Below, in pieces: positions 58,334-64,000 of a DNA stretch of 64,000 nt (the stretch's first letter is position 1; each line of letters opens with the position of its first letter). The notes beneath the pieces were generated by a model. It did no database searches. It was not told where the DNA came from and saw only the letters and a list, made by a program, of their open reading frames with translations. The stretch is from Eledone cirrhosa. Its lineage: Eukaryota. The stretch spans positions 217,868,001-217,932,000 of the forward strand of contig OZ024741.1 in assembly GCA_964016885.1 (NCBI GenBank), given 5' to 3'. Made by a program: the position numbers and the translations under genes.

Positions 58334-58936
58334 TACTTGGGGAGGGTCATATTTGTGTAATAATATTGCCAGAATTAATAACAGAACACACTCACTGTTT
58401 GGTTGCTTCTGTATCTTTTATATCAGTTAATTTAATTTATTCGGTCCTCAATGTTACCATTGACTGACCAACGGTAAAAAATACAGATATAATATAGACA
58501 CAAACACATATATATATATAGTCTAACAAAGTTCTTTCGTTGCACATCTGCAACATCGTCAGTGGTGCTATTATGTTTCCTCCTGTTGTATTGTATGCCT
58601 ACGCCATCTTTTTGGCGTAGGCATACAATACAACAGGAGGAAACATAATAGCACCACTGACGATGTTGCAGATGTGCAACGAAAGAACTTCGTTAGACTA
58701 TATGTGTTTGTGTCTATATTATATCTGTATTTTTGACCGTTGGTCAGTCAATGGTAACATTGAGGACCGAATAAATTAAATTAATTGATATAAAAGATAC
58801 AGAAGCAAAAACCAACCAAACAGTGAGTGTGTTCTGTTATTAATTCTGGCAATATTATTACACAAATATGACCCCCCCCCCAAGTATAACAATATTTGTT
58901 TCAACACACGATTTCATATGAAAAACCTCGCAAAAC
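58330..58936. mobile_element. large fold-back element (~277-bp arms, 6-nt loop) with hammerhead-like core and one-sided tail
   Basis: Near-perfect palindrome 58330-58890 centred at 58607-58612. Core CTGACGA t GTTGCA gatg TGCAAC GAAA gaactt at 58657-58690. Tail 58891-58936 resembles 36843-36883. Confidence 0.85.
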
Positions 58937-59561
58937 TATATATATATAAATATTGGTCAAATTGTTGTCCATGCTGGGTCAAGACATGAAATCAACATAC
59001 ATACACAGGCAGGAGTATATAGATGTACGTATACACACGCACACACACACATATATCGACAGTCAATCGACTTTCGTCAAATCGGACCGAGGAAACAATG
59101 TTTCCTTTAGTCTTTCCAATTGCTAGTAATATCTATCGGTCACAACTCTAGGTAGAAAGAGCAACATGAAATAAAGTGTCTTGCTCAAGGACATAACGTA
59201 TCGCCCGGTTCAGGAATCAAACTCACAACCTCACGATTGTGAATCCAATTCTCTAACCACTCAGCCATGCGCCTCCACACACACACACACATATATATAT
59301 GTATATATATATATACACACACCACACATATACATATTAATCAAATTGTGGTCCATGCTGGGTCAAGACATGAAATCAACATACATACACGTGTGTGTGT
59401 GTGACTATATGTGTACATGTATATACTTTCGTGAATGTTTGTTGTTTTCAAGTCCTAAGCCAGCATTGATCAGAATTTGACCAATATTGTTAGAGATGTA
59501 GTATTAGATGAGGCTTGACCTAAAGCTCAACAACAACAACAAACAAATCAACTCAACTTAC

Positions 59562-59647
59562 TTTTCCTTTCGGTGGTGCTTTCGGAGTACTTTTATTTCC
59601 ATCATCAAAGCAAAAATACCCCTCTGTAGCTTTTTCTTTCTTGTCTT
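59562..59647 (-). CDS. POLR1A: POLR1A-like small exon (KDKKEKATEGYFCFDDGNKSTPKAPPKGK), variable loop
   Basis: 86 nt, acacag|...|gtaagt. Its phase 1-0 exactly bridges the phase-1 end of the upstream exon and the phase-0 downstream exon. Confidence 0.75.
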
Positions 59648-59746
59648 CTGTGTGGTAGAGAGAAAATTCTAGAGTAAATATTGTAAACAGTGTCTACACT
59701 GTCCTTTCTCAACCCTGTTCTGTTCTATGATACAAAACCCCCCATT

Positions 59747-59975
59747 TTAACACTTTAGTATTTACATTATTTTATATATATACTATTGTATTTTCACAGA
59801 AAACACTAGCTTACATAATTATTCCACATGATATTGAAGCTACGAGATTTTGATATTGTTTATTTTGAGAACAATACTTTAACATAAATATGAGTGGCCA
59901 GTTACGGCCAGTTTGAACAGAAAAGGGTGAGAAAATTCTGGTCGGATATGGCTGGTTTAAATGCTAAAGGGTTAA
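59747..59975. mobile_element. piggyBac-like MITE (opposite orientation)
   Basis: TTAACACTTTAGTATTTAC ... TAAATGCTAAAGGGTTAA. Confidence 0.75.
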
Positions 59976-60287
59976 AGAGTGTTTCATCACAAACACTGCC
60001 ACCGCTACCACCACCAACACACACACATATATATGTATGTGTGTGTGTATATATAGCAACTTAATTTATGGTTGAATGGTTATTGATAAGAAGGAGACAT
60101 CAAACAATTGCTCCAACACACATATGCATGGTTGAATGGCTAATGGTATCCAACATATAAACCATCTTCTCTATTCAAACACGAAAGAAAGAAAGGTGAT
60201 TTTTGTGTGTTCCATCTTTGTCATTTCTAGAATATTCTAACAACAAAAACAGTGAAAAGACAAAACGAAAAATAAATATCAACAAAC

Positions 60288-60685
60288 TTTTGTTATTATT
60301 TTCAACCATTTCAGTGACATTGCCCTCGTCTGTTTTAATTTGAATCTCATCATCATCATCATCATCATCATCAACAACAACAACAACATCATCATCATCA
60401 TTGTCATCATCATCGTCATCGTCATCATCATCGTTGTAGTCTTGTTCATCCTTTGATTGTTTCTTGTGTTTGCCATCCATCCCATCATCGTCATCATCAT
60501 CATCATCATCACTGGACTCTGATTCCTCACGTTGATTCCTCACCTCCTCAACACTGGCTGTTGGCTCAGGAGTCCCTGCTTCTCCATCACTACCCTCATT
60601 ATCTTTCTTATCACTGGCCACTGGTTCTTCCGATTCGTCCATTGAAGCCTTCAGAGTATGGATGACGCTTTTGGGGAGAATTCGT
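60288..60685 (-). CDS. POLR1A: POLR1A-like exon encoding the acidic expander/DNA-mimicking loop
   Basis: 398 nt, ttcaacag|...|gtttgt, phase 2-1. Asp-rich with DG.D.K.K....DEQDY resembling the RPA1 expander motif. Upstream exons were not found in the window. Confidence 0.82.
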
Positions 60686-60726
60686 CTGTTGAAGACAGAA
60701 AAAAAAATGAAATGTAAATATAAAGT

Positions 60727-60922
60727 AGTGTAGGTAACACGGTAAAAAGCTCCCAGTTCCACATTGTAAATGTGGTTAGTGTTAGAAAGGGCATCCAGCC
60801 ATAGAAAACCTGCCAGATAGTCCTATACAAGTGAGACACGGTCACCCGACAAATCTTGCCTCAAGTGGGACAATTCCCGTCTAACCCATGCTAGCATGGA
60901 AGATAGACGTTAAACGATGATG
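60727..60922 (+). mobile_element. RTE family A-like 3' UTR fragment
   Basis: Ends cccatgctagcatggaagatagacgttaaacgatgatg. Confidence 0.85.
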
Positions 60923-61118
60923 TAGTTAATACAAAGTATTGTGGGATATGTAACAAAAGACCGATAACTTTCTCAAAGCTGGTACGACATGGTAGAAAAT
61001 ACAAAGGGTAAATGATGACAATAAAACAAAATGTTTTACCCAGTGTATTTCAACATGATATTTCAGAGCTATTACTCTCTTTTCAAATGTGGGGTCTGAA
61101 ATGATCAATGATAGTTGA

Positions 61119-61478
61119 TCATCATCATCATCATCACCATTTTACGTTCGTTCTTCCATGCTAGCATGGGTGTGACGGGTTGTCCTGTTGTGGGCAGTGT
61201 CTCCGGTCGGCTGACCATGTCTTACTCATACGGGAACTGATTCTGGTTTGATTTCTACAGCTGGATGTCCTTCCTAACACCGACCTCATTTACAGTGAGT
61301 GCTGGGTGCTTTTTTTCCCATGGCACCTACATGTCCACTTTACAGTGTTGGCTGGGTGCTTTTTTGCCGTGGCACCTCCATGACTACTTTGCAGTGGGAT
61401 GGGGTGGGGACATATTGTCTATATGCTTCAGCTTCGGCTTGTACCCGTGGGAAGTCGGGTCTTCTGTATTACTGCGTC
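61119..61478 (-). mobile_element. RTE 3' end (ORF tip plus UTR) located in the spacer of an inverted repeat
   Basis: gacgcagtaatacagaagacccga ORF end to (GAT)n; sister copy at 61999-62355. Confidence 0.85.
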
Positions 61479-61713
61479 TTATTTTGAACTGTTTCAGCCC
61501 CAACATTTGAAAAGAGGGTATTAGCCCCGAAATATCATGTTGAAATATACTGGGTAAAATATTACCTTGTTTTGTTTTATTTGTCATCATTTGCTCTTTA
61601 TATTTTTCAACCACATTGTATTGGCTATTTGAAATTTATCAGTCCAAAACATAAATACTTTTGATAGCAAACCACATGAAACTATCCTTGCTTCTACAAT
61701 ACAAAATTGTTTA

Positions 61714-61963
61714 TCTATATATCTAAAACAGAGAATGTCTGTCTGTCTGACTCCCTAAAACTCGAGAACCATCCAACCGATTTTTTCAAACTTTACACAT
61801 GTAATACTTATGGTCGTGTGAGTGTTTTGAGCAAAAAATATTTCAAATTTTCAATGCCCTAGGGATCGCATTAAGCGCTGAACGTCGCGTCTTTATAATA
61901 TCTGTCTGTATGTCTGGTTGTCTGCATTACAACATTATGACGTTATCTGTGTGTGTGTGTATA

Positions 61964-62002
<39 letters not shown>

Positions 62003-63019
62003 TCATCATCATCATCATCACCGTTTTACGTCCGTTCTTCCACGCTAGCATGGGTTAGACGGGTTGTCCTGTTGTGGGCAGTGTCTGGTCGGCTGACCAT
62101 GCCTTGCTCATACAGGAACTGATCTGGCTTGATTTCTACAGCTGGATGCCCTTCCTAACACCAACCTCATTTACAGTGAGTGCTGGGTGCTTTTTCGTGG
62201 CGCCTACACGTCCACTTTACAGTGTGGGCTGGGTGCTTTTTTGCCGTGGCACCTCCACGGCCACCTTGCGGTGGGGGGGGGGGGGGGCATATTGTTTATA
62301 TGCTTCAGCATGTACCCATGGGAGGTCGGGTACCCTGTATTACTGCGTGACGCAGTATATATAGTGTGTAACGTTTTTCGAAATATTTACTTCTGTGTTC
62401 ACAGTTTGATTTTTTTAATTTCAGAAGATCCCGTAAAGCAGCGATTCTTTGCTTAAACTTTAATCTGTTATTTTAATATATATTCGTGTACAGATATTTT
62501 TGCATACAAAAAAAAAAAAAATATAAACAACAGCAAAAAAAAACAACAAAAAAGAGAGGGAATGCAATTACATGCTTTTGAAAAATCGTAATGGAAAACT
62601 AATTGCCTATTCACCCAAGGCGACTTCACTTTTCATTAGAACTTCTGCATCAATTGGTGAACATATGACGAAACATTGAAAGGAGTAAGACCACACCATT
62701 CTCCACCACTGCAGTCCCACATGCTTACTGCTCTCTAACTATTGCTTTCATTGTACCATAACACAACAAATACATGTTCGGTTTGTCGAATGCCTTTTTA
62801 CTTAACCCTATCGTCTTGGCTTTCGTGGGTTGAACATTTTGCTCTCAGGCACCCAATTAAGTTAAACCCCTGGTAATCTACGACAAATTTTTTTTATAAG
62901 CACAAAATGTAGACACCATGCCGAGGCCGTCGTATCCCGTACTTCTCCGTTTCAGAAAGGAGGGATAAACATGCCAATCTATGTTTAGAATCCCGAGCAA
63001 CGCTGGGCCATTCTGCTAG
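61714..63019 (+). mobile_element. non-autonomous Helitron with nested RTE 3' fragment (61999-62355)
   Basis: 5' TC(TATATATCTAAAA); 3' hairpin cccgagcaacgctggg followed by CTAG. Inserted between A and T with no TSD. Removing it restores tgttta|tatttatctaaaaa.ccttcc, seen intact at 53725 and 63553. Confidence 0.9.
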
Positions 63020-63724
63020 TATTTATCTAAAAAACCTTCCAGCATAATTTTATGTTAGAACATTTATTATGTTATGTTCCAAACACCAGCTTAATAATGT
63101 GAAAGATACTCTTGCGTCCCAAATAAGGGGGAGGGGTTGAAATAAGTGGGGAGAGTGGAAAATTGGTAATTTTTTAAAGTTGTCTCCATTGTTTTTTTTT
63201 CAAAAACCAGAATTAGTCGTTTAGTTTACATACTGAGACCCCAACCCATCCTATTTATTTTATAATATATGGGATTTCTAGTAATATACTTTTTTTGTCA
63301 TGCATAATGTTTTTTAATGTATAAAGAAAATGTCAGAGGAATGCTACCACTTAAAATAAATTTTTGGTGGAGATAGATTAGCAAAATTTAATAAGCAATG
63401 GTGGGTGGATAGGGTGGGGATAGAAACAATTATTTGAGACTTGAGAGTAGTTACATTACTAAATCCCTCCAAATTGTTGATTATTTTCAAAATTATTTAA
63501 AAACCATAGACAGTGTCTTACATTAGAAATGTGGTAGTGAAAAGGTGAAAGTGTTTATATTTATCTAAAAACCTTCCACTATATAATGTTATGCTCCAAA
63601 CACCAACATAATAATGAGAAAGTTAGTTATATTACTAAATCCTTCCAAATTCTTGATTATCTTCAGTTATTTAAAAATCCTATGCAGTGTCTTTCATTAG
63701 AAATATGGTGGCAAAAGTCTAAGT

Positions 63725-63985
63725 TTAAAGTCTGTCACGAGCTCAGAGACTCATCGGGCCGGTGCTTATCACAGTTTCTTGGCATGAAGCAGCTGAAAGT
63801 ACAAGACTCCCCACTGGACAGGGTGCCAGTCCATCACAGGGTTAAACCCCCAGTTATTGCTGGTACTCATTTTCAGCTGAGTATACTGGAGCAACGTGAA
63901 ATGAAGTGCTTTGCTTTAGAACATAACACGCAACCCAGCCCAGGAATTGAATCCACGACATTATGATTGTAAGTCCAACACTTCC
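63725..63985 (-). mobile_element. tRNA-headed SINE (third body type)
   Basis: Minus strand ggattcaattcctgggc B box, aagcaaagcacttcatttcacgttgctccag core, tggactggcaccctgtccag. Confidence 0.7.
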
Positions 63986-64000
63986 ATTGTGACAAAAAAA

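Overview
Repeat-dense metazoan genomic DNA. The SINE/RTE repertoire and (TA)n/(GAT)n microsatellites suggest an octopus-like cephalopod (inference). Bases 1-26.5 kb are a G/T-only 49-bp satellite with kb-scale higher-order repeats. The only well-supported gene is the 3' end of an RNA polymerase I largest subunit (POLR1A/RPA1-like) on the minus strand: six phase-compatible GT-AG exons from 60685 to the stop at 41436, with unusual substitutions in normally conserved motifs. The remainder is a nested mosaic of RTE LINEs (one near full length but frameshifted), tRNA-headed SINEs, a mariner relic, piggyBac-like MITEs, a non-autonomous Helitron, CR1 ends and minisatellites. The most notable signal is a set of at least seven short non-coding segments of largely unrelated sequence that carry hammerhead-ribozyme-like cores (CUGANGA-stem-GAAA). 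Most lie within inverted repeats that have a one-sided tail and sit in (TA)n, resembling Penelope-like pLTR hairpins. One of them encloses a 5'-truncated U2 snRNA. All calls were made by eye, without database searches. Most ORF-track entries are artefacts of simple repeats.
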